Origin: Octopus sinensis
Lineage: Eukaryota
NCBI RefSeq assembly: GCF_006345805.1
Contig: NC_043014.1
Location: 46,252,001-46,316,000, forward strand
Direction: 5' to 3'
Length of the DNA: 64,000 nt
The notes beneath the pieces are model-generated. The model had not been told where the DNA came from. It made no database searches and saw only the letters and a list, made by a program, of their open reading frames with translations. Positions 1 through 13,440 of this stretch are shown here, piece after piece; within the stretch, counting starts at the first letter, position 1, and each line of letters opens with the position of its first letter. Position numbers and translations under genes: made by a program.

Positions 1-380
1 CCGATGCTGGTGTGTTTATGTCCCCGTCACTTAGCGGTTCGGCAAAAGAGACTGATAGGATAAGTACTGGGCTTACAAAGAATAAGTCCCAGGGTCGAGT
101 TGCTCGACTAAAGGCGGTGCTCCAGCATGGCCGCAGTCAAATGACTGAAACAAGTAAAAGAGTAAAAGAAAGAGTATTGTCAGAAAAAAATGCAAGGATG
201 CATTAGATAACATTATGTGGTTTTAGGTACGTGTTAAATATATTACATGGTCATGGGTGGAATGTGTTTGATCATAAATCTGCACAGTCAGAAATTAAGG
301 AATAATGAGGGAAAAAAGGGACAGAATTCACTTATTTATTTAGTTATTTATTTATTATAACAACATCCAATAGTCTAGTC

Positions 381-599
381 CAGTGGTTTTCAACCAGGGT
401 TCCGCGGAACCTTAGGGTCCCACCAGTACAGTCCAGGGGTTCCGCAAGAAGTTACAAAACTGCTAAAATCGGCAGTAATTTCTAATACTCCTGTGCAGAT
501 ATGTGTGCATAAGACTATTAAATTATTGCACAGGGATTCCCCGAGCCAGTGGAATGTTTCCTTGGGGTTCCGCTCCAGCAAAAAGTTTGAAAAGCACTG
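381..599. mobile_element. hAT-type MITE
   Basis: TIRs CAGTGGTTTTCAACC / GTTTGAAAAGCACTG; 8-bp TSD GTCTAGTC (373-380, 600-607). Confidence 0.9.
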
Positions 600-1354
600 G
601 TCTAGTCAATCATGTGATCACATGAAATTGAACTCTAGTTATTTGTCCTGCTGATGCAGTATATGAACCCCTATAAAGGTCAGCTTGGGCACTTTGTGGA
701 TGTGAAACCATTGGTCACTCTATGACCAGACATATATTTAACTACATGTAAATTCCTTTTTCTTTGTACTTTAGAATGTGCTTCTTTCTCAGATATGTGA
801 TCCACTGACAATATATATACGTATCACTCCTGTCACAACCTGGGACCTTGAAGACTGCTATAATGCAAGAAAGTCTACTAGTCCCTTAATATTTTATATT
901 CAATATTTCATCTATTCAATAAGACAATCAATACATCATTTCATTTTATGATATATATAGTAAATCTCTGAGCGAGGTATAGACATTGTCGTGCGCTGAT
1001 AACGGGTAAATACCCAGAAACCCGGGTCCATGCGTATCACATAGGTTGACGATGGGAAGGATGGCTTCCCTTTGCAAATACCGATAGGGCACAGAAAGTG
1101 TGTCAACAGCCAGCTGGAGAAGATGTTCTCCTGGGGCTACAAGCAACAGTAACATCCACCCTTTGTGGTTAGCCACATTTAAGTGGCTAATATACTTCAC
1201 ATATATATATACTATTTATACTATATATCCTATATTCTACATTAATATTATTATAAAGAATATAAATAAAACATAAAAAACAGAGTTGGAATTCCTTTGA
1301 ATAATATATATCCCTCTATATACAATCATACAAACTCCTTTATATTTATATATA

Positions 1355-1405
<51 letters not shown>

Positions 1406-1799
1406 TATATATATATATATAATATATATATATATAGTATATATATATAAAAGAAAGGTAGGGGGCACTGAAAGGGGTCTCAGGGAGTAGCATCCCTGCC
1501 TTACTGAGCTAGTTTTCCATCACACTTCTTAAAAATCATGGTAGAGCCTTGGTCTCAGAACCACCCATGTCTAGAAAGTGACGTTGCAGGTAAGCAAGGG
1601 TATGCTCCCCATAGAAAATCCAGCTCCAAAAATGCCTCATGATAGCAAAGGAGAATGAGCACCAGCCAGCCCAAAGGTTGGGGTGGGATGTACCTGCCTA
1701 TCTCAGTTGCTATGACATTGAGGTAGATCTGCCCAACCCCGTTAACGAGGACAAAACCCAGATTTAAAACACTGGATGATGATGATGATGATGTATGTA

Positions 1800-2214
1800 T
1801 ACACAGGAGTAGCTGTGTGGTAAGTAGCTTGCTAACCAACCACATGATTCCGGGTTCAGTCCCACTGCATGGCATCTTGGGCAAGTGTCTTCTGCTATAG
1901 CCCCGGGCTGACCAATGCCTTGTGAGTGGATTTGGTAGACGGAAACTGAAAGAAGCCTGTCGTATATATGTATATATATGTATATGTATGTCTGTGTTTG
2001 TGTGTCTGTGTTTCTCCCCCTACCATCACTTGACAACCGATGCTGGTGTGTTTACATCCCCGTCACTTAGCAGTTCGGCAAAAGAGACCGATAGAATAAG
2101 TACTGGGCTTACAAAGAATAAGTCCTGGGGTCGATTTGCTCAACTAAAGGCGGTGCTCCAGCATGGCCGCAGTCAAAATGACTGAAACAAGTAAAAGAGT
2201 AAAAGAGTAAAGAG
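1800..2214 (+). mobile_element. tRNA-derived SINE family A
   Basis: A/B-box head (TGGCTGTGTGG...GGTTCAGTCCC), CORE-like CCTTGGGCAAG segment, internal microsatellite and AAACAAGTAAAAGAG tail. Other copies at 1-170, 7678-8320, 16661-17050, 17459-17890, 19356-19746, 36113-36520, 46075-46507, 48083-48482, 49072-49365 and 52363-52480. Confidence 0.85.
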
Positions 2215-2670
2215 TATACATAAATGTGTGTGTGTTTGTGTGTGTGTATTTGTCTGTATAAATATATGGATTCCAGACCAGCTTGGGATGGAGTCTAGGT
2301 GTGTTCCTACTATGTTCATGCACTGTTCTTCTATTGTTTGAAAATTTATCTATCATCTGATGAAAGCGGTTTTTTGCTATCATGCAATGTACTCATTCAT
2401 CTATTAAAAAATGCATTAGAAACAGCTGTAATGAACTGACGTTCATCCATCGTTTGCCATTTATTTATTTGCATATCTACACATGTGTGTGTGTGTGTGT
2501 GTGTGTGTGAATGAGAAGAGAAGGAGAAAGACAAAGAGAAGGTTGAGCATTTCATATTGGAAGCCAGAGAAACAGATATATAACAGAAATAAACAGAGAA
2601 AAATATGGGAAGACAGACAAAGGAAAGGTTAGAGCAATTGTAAAGAAATGAAGAAAGACTTCTCCCATAC

Positions 2671-2766
2671 CAGATTTTATCAAGTCTTTTCTTGTCGATA
2701 TCTTGCTGTCTCTCCTCTCTTTCCTTTAACAGTTTCTTCAGAACTTTCAGATGTTTGCCCTGAAGT
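2671..2766 (-). CDS. CFAP91: CFAP91 coding exon 8 (gene continues beyond window start)
   Basis: GCCAG acceptor, GTATGG donor; (V)LQGKHLKVLKKLLKEREERQQDIDKKRLDKI(W); phase 2-2. No further exon found in 1-2670. Confidence 0.9.
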
Positions 2767-3450
2767 CTGGCAAGCAATGTGAAAAGTTTAGAGAATGATT
2801 ATCAGCAACAATGATGAAACGGGCGGCGTTAATGTTCTACCAACTTTATGATTCTACATGTGTGAGTTTGTGTACATGCACGCATGTGTGTGTGTTTGTA
2901 CGTGTGTAAGCATTTCTGTGTGTGTGCATGCGTGTGTGTATGCATGTGTATGTCTATGCATGTGTGTGTATGTGTGTGCATGTGTGTGTGTGTTCTTGTA
3001 CATGTATGCATGTCTGTATGCATTCATGCATGTGTGTATGCATGTGTGTACATGTGTGTGTGTATGTGTGTGTGTTCTTGTACATGCATGTCTGTGTGCA
3101 TTCATGCATGTGTGTGTATGCGTGCGTGTGTGTGTACATATGTGTGTGTGCACGTGTGTGTGTGTGCATGCGTATGTGTGTATACCCTGCAGCCAGATAT
3201 CCAAGACAGCTAAACAAAACAAGAACAACAACAACAACAATCATTATAAGATCCTAATCCCTGCAAAAGCTGAGGTTAAGCATTGTGGGCCCTTACGCAC
3301 AAGAGCAGCCCTTGAGCAAATGTCTTCTCCCAAAGCTTTGTGTTGATCAAATCCTTGTGAATGAAAAATTTTGAAGGAGAGCAATTTGAGAGAAATGTTG
3401 TTTGGTAGATCTTCATTTATTGCCAACCGTCGTATTCTTTATTTCAATAA

Positions 3451-3833
3451 CTAGCAGTATCGCCCGGCGTTGCTCAGGTTTGTAAGGGAAATAATTATAA
3501 AGCATTTTTAGAGAGTTATAGCCAAAAAATAGCCCAAAAAATGGGAAAAAAATGATGGTAAATTTTTTTGATAGTTAAAAAGGTCGAGTTGCGTCCCCTA
3601 GACCATCTGTGTTTGTGCTTCTGATTGTCGACCCCATGTCGAATTTATCGATCTTTTTCAGAACTGGGGGAACTTTTCAAAATTTCCGCTGCGTTAGTTT
3701 TGAATTATGACATTGGGCTATGTGTGTGTCAAGTTTCATCAGAATCGGTTGAAAGCCGTGGTCAGAGTGAGGGTACAACCAAACAGACACACAGAAACAC
3801 ACACAGACAAACTGCCGTTTATATAGAGAGAGA
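3451..3833 (-). mobile_element. Non-autonomous Helitron
   Basis: On the minus strand: 5'-TC start, subterminal GC-rich hairpin, CTAG-3' end, inserted between A and T. Near-identical copy at 9407-9781. Confidence 0.75.
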
Positions 3834-3992
3834 TTACTGGCGTCTTTATATTATATATGAAAAGCATAATATGTTATACATGTATGTATATTGTTGTAAT
3901 TGTCACTTTAGTGAATAAATAAATAAATTGACATAATATAATGTCTAAAAGTTGATGAATACCACCTATTGGTCTCCTCCATTTTCTTACTG

Positions 3993-4064
<72 letters not shown>

Positions 4065-4122
4065 TTAGATTATATATATTATTTATATCTTAAAAATATT
4101 GATTATATTTTAGATTTTGAAA

Positions 4123-4185
4123 CCACCTGATGAATGACTGCGACTCAAAAATTTGATGACAGCAGGCAGGAAATGATCGTAGTGG
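4123..4185 (+). ncRNA. Degenerate minimal hammerhead motif (different family; copy at 5055-5117)
   Basis: CCAC CTGATGA A-TGACTGC...GCAGGCA-G GAAA TGATCG TA GTGG. Stem I CCAC/GTGG and a near-palindromic stem III (probably CGATCG with CpG decay). Confidence 0.55.
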
Positions 4186-4312
4186 ATATTAATTATATTT
4201 TTTAATAATTGTTACATATTTAAATAATATAAATTAATCATATGTATTGGCTGAAGTCTTTCATTGTTTGATTTGCCTAATAGTGGTTTTGTCTCTAATT
4301 TAATATAATATA

Positions 4313-4355
<43 letters not shown>

Positions 4356-4617
4356 TAGGTGAATGAATTATCCTATGTTTATTGTCAGCATGGAAAATTC
4401 ATTTAACCGAAACCTGGGTAGCAAATTCACGTCAGTAACACGGTTGAAGCGACCTGTCAAGGGTAGAAACTCCGGGTTCATGTGCAGAAATTTGTGTGTT
4501 GTATATGAATAAATGAAAGAATGAGTGTTTTTTTAAAAAAACACTCATTATCGCTTTGTTTACCATGTAGGCAATCATCGAAATTTTTGTTTGTCTTGTT
4601 GTCGAGAGGCTCCCTTT

Positions 4618-4699
4618 CTTTCCTGATGAGAAGATTGCATAATGCACCCTTTATTCCTTTGGAATGAAAACATGCTGTCTTCGAAACATGTGTCGAAAG
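4618..4699 (+). ncRNA. Minimal type I hammerhead ribozyme motif (Penelope-like repeat)
   Basis: Stem I CTTTC/GAAAG, core CTGATGA (4623-4629), stem II GAAGA/TCTTC, GAAA, stem III C-ATGT-G, GTC cleavage triplet (cut after 4694). Confidence 0.8.
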
Positions 4700-5246
4700 T
4701 AAAGGAATTTTGTTAACATCTTCGTTCGACTCCATTCTTTCATTTATTCATATATATATATATATTTAATGTAGGATAAAATTTCTTGAAAAAAAATTTT
4801 ATTAATGGCCAGCGTATTAAAAAATACCTTCAAAGGTTAAAATTATAAGCAACTTATAAATAAGGGCAAACGAAAAAATTTCTAATGCCAGGTTATGGAC
4901 AATAGTTCCAATTTCGGCATATTTGGCATTCAAAATATTTTTGTTTGCCCTTATTTATAAGTTGTATATATATATATATATAATATATATATTATTTTAG
5001 ATTATATATATTATTTATATCTTAAAAATATTGATTATATTTTAGATTTTGAAACCATCTGATGAATGACTGCGACTCAAAAATTTGATGACAGCAGGCA
5101 GGAAATGATCGTAGTGGATATTAATTATATTTTTTAATAATTGTTACATATTTAAATAATATAAATTAATCATATGTATTGGCTTAAGTCTTTCATTGTT
5201 TGATTTGCCTAATAGTGGTTTTGTCTCTAATTTAATATAATATATA

Positions 5247-5280
<34 letters not shown>

Positions 5281-5542
5281 AGTAGGTGAATGAATTATCC
5301 TATGTTTATCGTCAGCATGGAAAATTCATTTAACCGAAACCTGGGTAGCAAATTCACGTCAGTAAACGGTTTGAAGCGACCTGTCAAGGGTAGAAACTCC
5401 GGGTTCATGTGCAGAAATTTGTGTGTTGTATATGAATAAATGAAAGAATGAGTGTTTTTTAAAAAAACACTCATTATCGCTTCGTTTACCATGTAGGCAA
5501 TCATTGAAATTTTGTTTGTCTTGTTGTCGAGAGGCTCCCTTT

Positions 5543-5625
5543 CTTTCCTGATGAGAAGATTGCATAATGCAACCCTTTATTCCTTTGGAATGAAAACATG
5601 CTGTCTTCGAAACATGTGTCGAAAG
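5543..5625 (+). ncRNA. Minimal type I hammerhead ribozyme motif, second copy
   Basis: Same core and stems as 4618-4699, 925 nt downstream in the tandem duplicate. Confidence 0.8.
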
Positions 5626-6389
5626 TAAAGGAATTTTGTAACATCTTCGTTCGACTCCATTCTTTCATTTATTCATATATATATATATATTAATGTAGGA
5701 TAAAATTTCTTGAAAAAAATTTTATTAATGGCCAGCGTATTAAAAAATACCTCAAAGGTTAAAATTATAAGCAACTTATAAATAAGGGCAAACGAAAAAA
5801 TTCTAATGCCAGGTTATGGACATAGTTCCAATTTCGGCATATTTGGCATTCGAAATTTTTTTGTTTGCCCTTATTTATAAGTTGTATATATATATATATA
5901 TATAATATATATATATATATATACTGTAAAACAAACTGGGAGGAAAGAGACGGAACGAAGTGAGAATTCGAAAAATCGAAAATTCAAACGAACCCGACGC
6001 GAAGCGCTGTCAGACATGGAGAAGTTGGTGCTTGTCTCCATTTTGGATTATATATACGCACATACATACTACATACATACATACATATATATGTACAAAG
6101 AGAAGAAAAGTGAGAAAGCCTGTAGGGAGAGATAGACTGATATTGAAGAAGAAAAAAGGTGAAAGCAAGAGAGAAAGATGTTGGCAAGTGATAGAACAGA
6201 GATGCTGGATCTTTTATGAAAAAAAGGGAGAAAAGAAAAAAAAAAGAAAATCAAACATCAAAAGGTCTCCTTGAGCCCTTAAACAAAAAACCCCTAAAAT
6301 ATTAAAAGCAACCAATATGATGTAAGTCTGGATTTAAAACCACAGCAAAAAAAGCAGAAGAAAGAATAAACGAAGGGTTTGTTTGCTTA

Positions 6390-6662
<273 letters not shown>

Positions 6663-6812
6663 TCATCAACAGAACGTTCTGCTCATCAAAATAACGTGCA
6701 TGTGGCTGAGTATCTCACAGGTGCACATACCCATAATGCAGTTCTCATGGAGATTAAGTATGAAACAAAATGTGACAAGTCAGGCCCTTTGAATTACAGG
6801 TAAAACTCATTT

Positions 6813-7223
6813 GGATCTTTTCGGTTTGAACGGCAGTTTTTTCTAGTGGTGTCATATGAAATTGTCACCCATAATTATGACCCTAGTATCAATCTATTGC
6901 ATTTCAATCTGTTTTAGGGTTAGGGGTGGGGGAAGGGTATCTTTTTTTCTTCACAAATGTAAATAAACCCAATCTGTTTCTTAAACGAGGGACATATTCA
7001 TACGGCACAGAATGTTGTTCACCTCAATAGACGTCATTGATTGGTTGAAATTGCAGAAACTGAAGGAAAAAACAACAAATATCTTACAAACTATAGAATT
7101 TTCTCAATAAAGCCAAGAGAAAAAGATGTTTCATAAACACATTCTACCAGTATACGAAGTTTAAAATTTTTTAGTTACCTAGAAATTATGTTAAAAAACT
7201 GCCGTTCAAACCGAAAAGATCCC
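6813..7223. mobile_element. MITE with ~30-bp TIRs, nested inside a SINE
   Basis: (G)GGATCTTTTCGGTTTGAACGGCAGTTTTT ... AAAAACTGCCGTTCAAACCGAAAAGATCCC; interrupts a SINE (6690-7350). Superfamily not assigned. Confidence 0.85.
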
Positions 7224-8403
7224 AAATTTTCGCAAGCTGAGTAGAGAGAAGCAACATGAAATAAAGTATCTTGCTCGAGGGCATTAAGCACCACTGGGTA
7301 TTGAACTCATGGCCTTGTGATCATGAGCTGAATACCCAAACCACTAAGCCGTGTGAGAAATAAAAGTAGAGCACAGTTTGTCTATAGATGTTCATCTTTG
7401 TTAATCTACATGTGAAGGCACGTGGTCAAGTGGTTTAGGTGGCTGCGCTTGCAATTGCAAGATTATGGTTTCACTTTCTGGCCCAGGTGGTGTGTTGAGT
7501 TCTCGAACAAAATGTGTTGTTTCATGTTACTACAGACCACAAAGCAGTAAATGAGTAACTTTGTGAGAGACTAGCAGCCATCCTATTCATCAGGGATGGA
7601 GAGAGAGAGAGAGTGGTATGACCCCAATCACTCATCATCATCTTCAGTCTATCATCCACTTTTCCATGCTGGCATACACCTTTTACTTGTTTCAGTCATT
7701 TGATTGTGACCATGCTGGAGCACCGCCTTTAGTCGAGGAAATCGACCCCAGAGCCTATTCTTTGTAAGCCTAGTACTTATTCTATCGCTCTCTTTTACCG
7801 GGCCGCTAACTTACGGGGACGTAAACACACCAGCATCGGTTGTCAAGCGATGTTGTGGGGGTGGGGGACAAACACAGACACACAAACATATACACAAGCA
7901 TATATATATATATATATACATATATACGACGGGCTTCTTTCAGTTTCCGTCTACCAAATCCGCTCACAAGGCTTTGGTCAGCCCGAGGCTATAGTAGAAG
8001 ACACTTGCCCGAGGTGCCACGCAGTGGGACTGAACCCGGAACCATGTGGTTGGTAAACAAGCTACTTACCACACAGCGGGGACATGAACACACCAACATC
8101 GGTTGTCAGGCGATGGTGGGGGGGACAAACACAGACACACGAACATACACATACACACACACACACACACGAATCGCTTCTTTCAGTTTCCTTCTACCAA
8201 ATCCACTCACAAGGCTTTGGTTGGTCCGAGGCTATAGTTGAAGGTGCCATGCAATGGGACTGAACCCGGAACCATGTGGTTGGTAAGCAAGCTACTTACC
8301 ACACAGCCACTCCTGCACCTGTGGGAAATGAAAAATGATTAGGGCAACATAGTAGTGGGGGGAAACCTTAAGTGTGATTTGTGCACTGAAAAACCTTACT
8401 TAC

Positions 8404-8591
8404 CCCAGCACAGTGTAGCCAAAGTGAGTATTTCCGGCTGTGATCCAGGTCTAACCACATATTCAGGGCTGTAGGGGTCAGTTTGCACATCAGCATCACG
8501 ATAATCGGTTTGAACTTGGACATGTTTTGCCATAGGGGCTGCATATTTGATCTCTTCAAATTCCGATTCAGGAATTAAGAATTTACCGGGT
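8404..8591 (-). CDS. CFAP91: CFAP91 coding exon 6
   Basis: TTTCAG acceptor, GTAAG donor; PGKFLIPESEFEEIKYAAPMAKHVQVQTDYRDADVQTDPYSPEYVVRPGSQPEILTLATLCW, the hallmark CFAP91 QTDYRD...QTDPY.PEYVV.PG..PE.LTLA.L motif. Confidence 0.95.
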
Positions 8592-8739
8592 CTGAAAGAG
8601 ATAAAATTATGTTTTGTATTATTATAATTAGAATAAGTACTAGGCTTACAAAGAATAAGTCCTGGGGGTCGATTTTCTCAACTAAAAGGCGGTGCCCCAG
8701 CATGGGCACAGTCAAATGACTGAAACAAGTAAAAGAGTA

Positions 8740-9340
8740 TATGTACATACATGTATACACACATACATATGTACATACATGTAATGTATATACACATACA
8801 TACATGCATACATGCATACATACATACAAACATGTATGCATACTTACATACATACATGCATACATACATACATACATACACACACACATACATACATATA
8901 TACACACATACATACATACACACATACATACATACACACACACACATACATACATACATACACACATACATACATACATACATACATACATACACACACC
9001 ACACATACATACATACATACATACATACATACATACAACATACATACATACATACATACATACATACATACCATACATACATACATACATACATACATAC
9101 ATGCATACATACATACATACGTACATACGTACATAACTACATACATACATACATACAAACATGTATGCATACTTACATATATACATGCATACATACATAC
9201 ACACACACATACATACATATATACACACATACATACATACATACATACATACCTACATACATACATACATACATACGTACATATAACATACATACATACA
9301 TACATACATAAATACATACATGCACACATACATATACAGA
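8740..9340. repeat. (CATA)n microsatellite
   Basis: Direct inspection. Similar tracts at 2860-3185 and 16105-16550; (TTC/CAT/CAC)n at 10838-11192; (ATT)n at 23842-24018. Confidence 0.95.
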
Positions 9341-9406
9341 GTCCATAAAAAAAATATATGCACACTCCAAGAAAGAAAAAAATGTGCAGAAAAATTTTAT
9401 ACTAAA

Positions 9407-9781
9407 CTAGCAGAATCGCCCGGCGTTGCTCAGGTTTGTAAGGGAAATAACTATAAAGCATTTTTAGAGAGTTATAGCCAAAAAATAGCAAAAAAATGAT
9501 GGTAAATTTTTTTTTGATAGTTAAAAAAGGTTGAGTTGCGTCCCCTACACAGTTTGTGGTTTGTGTTCCTGATTCTCGACCCCATGTCGAATTTATCGAT
9601 TTTTTTCAGAACTGGGGGAACTTTTCAAAATTTTCGCTGCGTTAGTTTTGAATTATGACATTGGGCTATGTGTGTGTCAAGTTTCATCAGAATCGGTTGA
9701 AAGCCGTGGTCAGGGTGAGGGTACAAGCAAACAGACACACAGAAACACGCACAGACAAACTGCCGTTTACATAGAGAGAGA
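9407..9781 (-). mobile_element. Non-autonomous Helitron, second copy
   Basis: Same termini and body as 3451-3833. Confidence 0.75.
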
Positions 9782-9961
9782 TTTAATCAGGCATCACAAG
9801 CTACTTTTAGCCTCTATAATTACAAAGAGATAAAATTGGGTTTTTTAATATTATAAAACTTGTTCATTTAGAAAATCTAGAGACGGTAGCTGTATTTATA
9901 CTGAGAAGTAATGTTTATCGCCACTTAAACATGAGTGTTCTGTAAGAACAGACAATACTGT

Positions 9962-10461
9962 TATTTCAATGACATGCATAAGATCTGGTCATCAAATCTA
10001 AGTAGAGAATTCAAACTTGAAATCTTCAAAGCCACAGTCGAACCAATTCTACTATATGGCTCAGAAACCTGGACGTTATCAAAGATGCTTGAGAGGCGGT
10101 TGGATGGAACCTACACTCGCCTCCTTATGAGAGCTCAAAATCTCTCGTGGAAGCGTCATCCAACCAAAATTAAAATATATGGGAAACTACCACCTGTGTC
10201 ATCTCTTGTGAAAGGTAGGAGAGTCCAGTTTGCTGGACATTGTTGTAGAGCTGAAAACGAGGCAATTTCTACTCTTCTCCTCTGGAAGCCATCTACTTGC
10301 AATACCAGAGGGCGCACACTCTCCTACCCTGATGTAATCTCCAGGGATACAGGCATCCAGCAACAGGAACTCCGTAATGCCATGATGGACCGTGAAGTCT
10401 GGCGTAGCATGGTAAATTCCATTGTCTCGACCACGGTCGAACGATGATGATGATGATGATG
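9962..10461 (+). mobile_element. 5'-truncated RTE-like LINE (3' end of ORF2)
   Basis: IFKATVEPILLYGSETWTL...RVQFAGHC...MMDREVWR followed by a (GAT)n tail. Confidence 0.85.
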
Positions 10462-10855
10462 TTATTTCAACCCCAGGAGGATGCTTCCTCCAGCTGGCTA
10501 TTCAGTGCACTTCACGCTTGATATATATTGCAAATGGGGAGAGAACTCTCAACTATCCTAGCTCAGAGACCACCGTATCAAGTGGTTTTGATCTTATTAG
10601 ATCATTGTCAGTGATGAATACTTGTCCGCTAGACATAGCAGCAGTCTAGCCCAGCTTGAAACATACAGAAGTCACAGTCGCCGGTTTTGCAACTAGCAAA
10701 CTAGTTTGTTAAGAAAATCTATTGTAATGTAATTTCTGCCATTTTGGGGTTTCCTGGTATCTGAACTAGGTAGGAATCAGCCCTTTCTGCCATCATTCCT
10801 AGGATAACTATGACAACAGGTATTGTTGTCATGTATCGCTGCTGCTGCTGCTTCT

Positions 10856-10894
<39 letters not shown>

Positions 10895-11519
10895 TCTTCT
10901 TCTTCCTCCTCTTCCTCTTCTTCTTTTTCTTCTTCTTCTTCTTTTTCTTTTCTTCTTCTTTTTCTTCTTCTTCTTCCTCTTCCTCTTTTTCTTCTTTTTC
11001 TTCTTCTTCTTCCTCTTCCTCTTTTTCTTCTTCATCATCATCATCATCATAATCATCATCATCATCATCATCACCATCACCACCATCACCATCATCTTCA
11101 CCACCACCATCTTCCTCCTCCTCCTCCTCCTCATCATCATCATCATCACCACCACCACCATCATCATCACCATCACCACCATCATGATCATCAATGTGGT
11201 GAGCTGGTAGAATAGCTAGTGTACCGGACAAAATGCTTAGCAGTATTTTGGCCATCTTTACATTCTGAGTTCAAATTTTGCCAAGGTCAAATTCGCCTTT
11301 TATCCCTTAGGGGAAAGGGGGTCGATAAATTGAGTACCAGTTGAGTACTGGGGTCGATGTAACTGACTTAATCCCCCCCACTAAATTTCAGGCTTTGTGC
11401 CTAATAGAAAGGATTATTATTATTTTTTTCTTAATTTTATTAGCCTTGTATACACACAAAACCCTCACAACTACACATATGCACACAGATCCTGTAGTGT
11501 CCATAATGTTTATCTTCAT

Positions 11520-11746
11520 TTAACCCTTTAGTATTTAAACCAGCCATATCTGGCTAAAATAGTTAATCTGTTTTATGTTCAAACTGACCAGATCCAGGCT
11601 CTCACACCTACCCTACAATGTTATTCTACATTAAGTAATTACACCATCAAGATCTTGAAGATATGAGATAATGCATGATTAAATCAAATCAATGTGAATC
11701 AATTAGCATTATGTTTGATAGAATAATCAGAACACTAAAGGGTTAA
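11520..11746. mobile_element. piggyBac-like MITE
   Basis: TTAA-CCCTTTAG ... CTAAAGGG-TTAA termini. Confidence 0.75.
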
Positions 11747-12412
11747 ACTCTTGTGGTTAATAAAGAAATCATTATTATTATTATTATTATTGGCAAGCTG
11801 GCAGAAACATTAGCACGCTGAGCGAAATGCTTAGTTCAAATTCCGCCGAGGTCGACTTTGCCTTTCGTTCTTTCGGAGTCGATTAAATAAGTACCAGTTA
11901 CGCACTGGGGTCGATATAATCGACTTAATCCGTTTGTCTGTCCTTGTTTGTCCCTTCTATGTTTAGCCCCTTGTGGGTAGTAAAGAAATAGGTATTTTGC
12001 TCATAGCTACATTCTGAGTTCAAATTCCACTGAGGCCTTTCATCCTTTCAGGGTCGATAAATTAAGTACCAGTCAAGCACTGGGGTCTGTATGATCAACT
12101 ATCCCCCCTCCCCTCCACAAATTTCAGGTCCAGTGCCTTTAGTAAAAAGGATCATCATCATCATCATCAGCAGTAGTGGTAGTAGTTTTAATATTCAATT
12201 CTGTAGGCTTCCAAATTTATTCTTGAGAGAGAGAGTGTGTGTGTGTGTGTGTAAGTGCTTATACTCTTTTACTCTTTTACTTGTTTCAGTCATATTTCAA
12301 TAGGACATATTTTGACTGTGGCCATGCTGGAGCACCGCATGGCTAGCCAATAGAGATGTCAAAATAACGTAAGACAAAAGAAAGGAAAAAAATAATATGG
12401 TATTCCACTCAC

Positions 12413-12469
12413 CTGGCCTTAGTAAAGATTATTTCTGCAGTTGCAGGAAACAGAAACGGTATCAGAGGT
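12413..12469 (-). CDS. CFAP91: CFAP91 coding exon 5
   Basis: TTGCAG acceptor, GTGAG donor; phase 2-2; PLIPFLFPATAEIIFTKA(R). Confidence 0.82.
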
Positions 12470-12521
12470 CTGCAAAGCAAACAGGGAAACAAGCAATGAG
12501 TTCGAACGCCTGATAGGTTTG

Positions 12522-12839
12522 AATAGGACATATTCCAATAGGACATATTCCAATAGGACATATTTCAATAGGACATATTTCAATACGACATATTCCAATA
12601 GGACATATTTCAATAGGACATATTTCAATAGGACATATTTCAATAGGACATATTCCAATAGGACATATTCCAATAGGACATATTTCAATAGGACATATTT
12701 CAATAGGACATATTCCAATAGGACATATTCCAATAGGACATATTTCAATAGGACATATTTCAATAGGACATATTTCAATAGGACATATTTCAATAGGACA
12801 TATTCCAATAGGACATATTTCAATAGGACATATTTCAAT
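12522..12839. repeat. 15-bp minisatellite AATAGGACATATT(T/C)C, ~21 copies
   Basis: Direct inspection; a single stray unit at ~12292-12312. Confidence 0.95.
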
Positions 12840-13058
12840 GGAAATGTGTGTGTATGTATAAGACTGGACTGGAGGTGAAAAACAAAGTTGGTCATTCCTC
12901 TAAAATCCTTATAAACAATTATGATTTCTTTGCGACATCTTTGCAGCTTTATCGATAAAGCATATTACTCTACCTGCGGTATTCGAGTACTAATTTTTTC
13001 CACCTTGTTTCACATTTATGTGATTACTCTGGCATATATATATATATATATATATATA

Positions 13059-13440
13059 GGCGCAATGGCCTAGTGGTTAGGGCAGCGGACTCGCATTTGT
13101 AGGATCGCGGTTTCGATTCCCAGACCGGGCGTTGTGAGTGTTTATTGAGCAAAAACACCTAAAAAAGCTCCACGAGGCTCCGGCAGGTATGGTGGTGATC
13201 CCTGCTGTACTCTTTCACCACAACTTTCTCTCACTCTTACTTCCTGTTTCTGTTGTACCTGTATTTCAAAGGGCTGGCCTTGTCACTCTCTGTATCACGC
13301 TGAATATCCCCGAGAACTGCGTTAAGGGTACACGTGTCTGTGGAGTGCTCAGCCACTTACACGTTAATTTCACGAGCAGGCTGTTCCGTTGATTCGGATC
13401 AACCGGAACCCTCGTCATCGTAACCGACGGAGTGCTTCCA
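13059..13440 (+). mobile_element. tRNA-derived SINE family C (copy at 15457-15840)
   Basis: Head GGCGCAATGGCCTAGTGGTTAGGGCAGCGGACTCG...TTCGATTCCC, tail CCCTCGTCGTCGTAACCGACGGAGTGC. Confidence 0.85.

Larger units (their letters stand above)
4060..5900. repeat. ~925-bp tandem duplication of three (TA)n-separated Penelope-like remnants
   Basis: 4060-4980 is nearly identical to 4990-5900, differing mostly by 1-bp indels; internal inverted termini are present. Confidence 0.85.

Noticed and set aside
8575-9370. Long His/Thr/Tyr/Ile and Met/Tyr/Val/Cys ORFs (also 2829-3346, 16060-16584, 40343-40863, 52676-53415)
   Set aside because: Translations of (CATA)n, (TG)n and (TA)n microsatellites.
10719-11255. 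Poly-D/E/K ORF on the CFAP91 strand
   Set aside because: Trinucleotide microsatellite fused to a SINE; exons 5 and 6 already join in frame without it.
12419-12895. ORFs of RTYFN/KYVLL repeats; CRISPR-like look
   Set aside because: Head-to-tail 15-bp minisatellite with no unique spacers; intronic; frames are open only because the unit is a multiple of 3.
13059-13130. tRNA gene
   Set aside because: A/B boxes are present but the sequence continues into a SINE body and is multi-copy; it is a SINE head. No true tRNA or rRNA gene was found.
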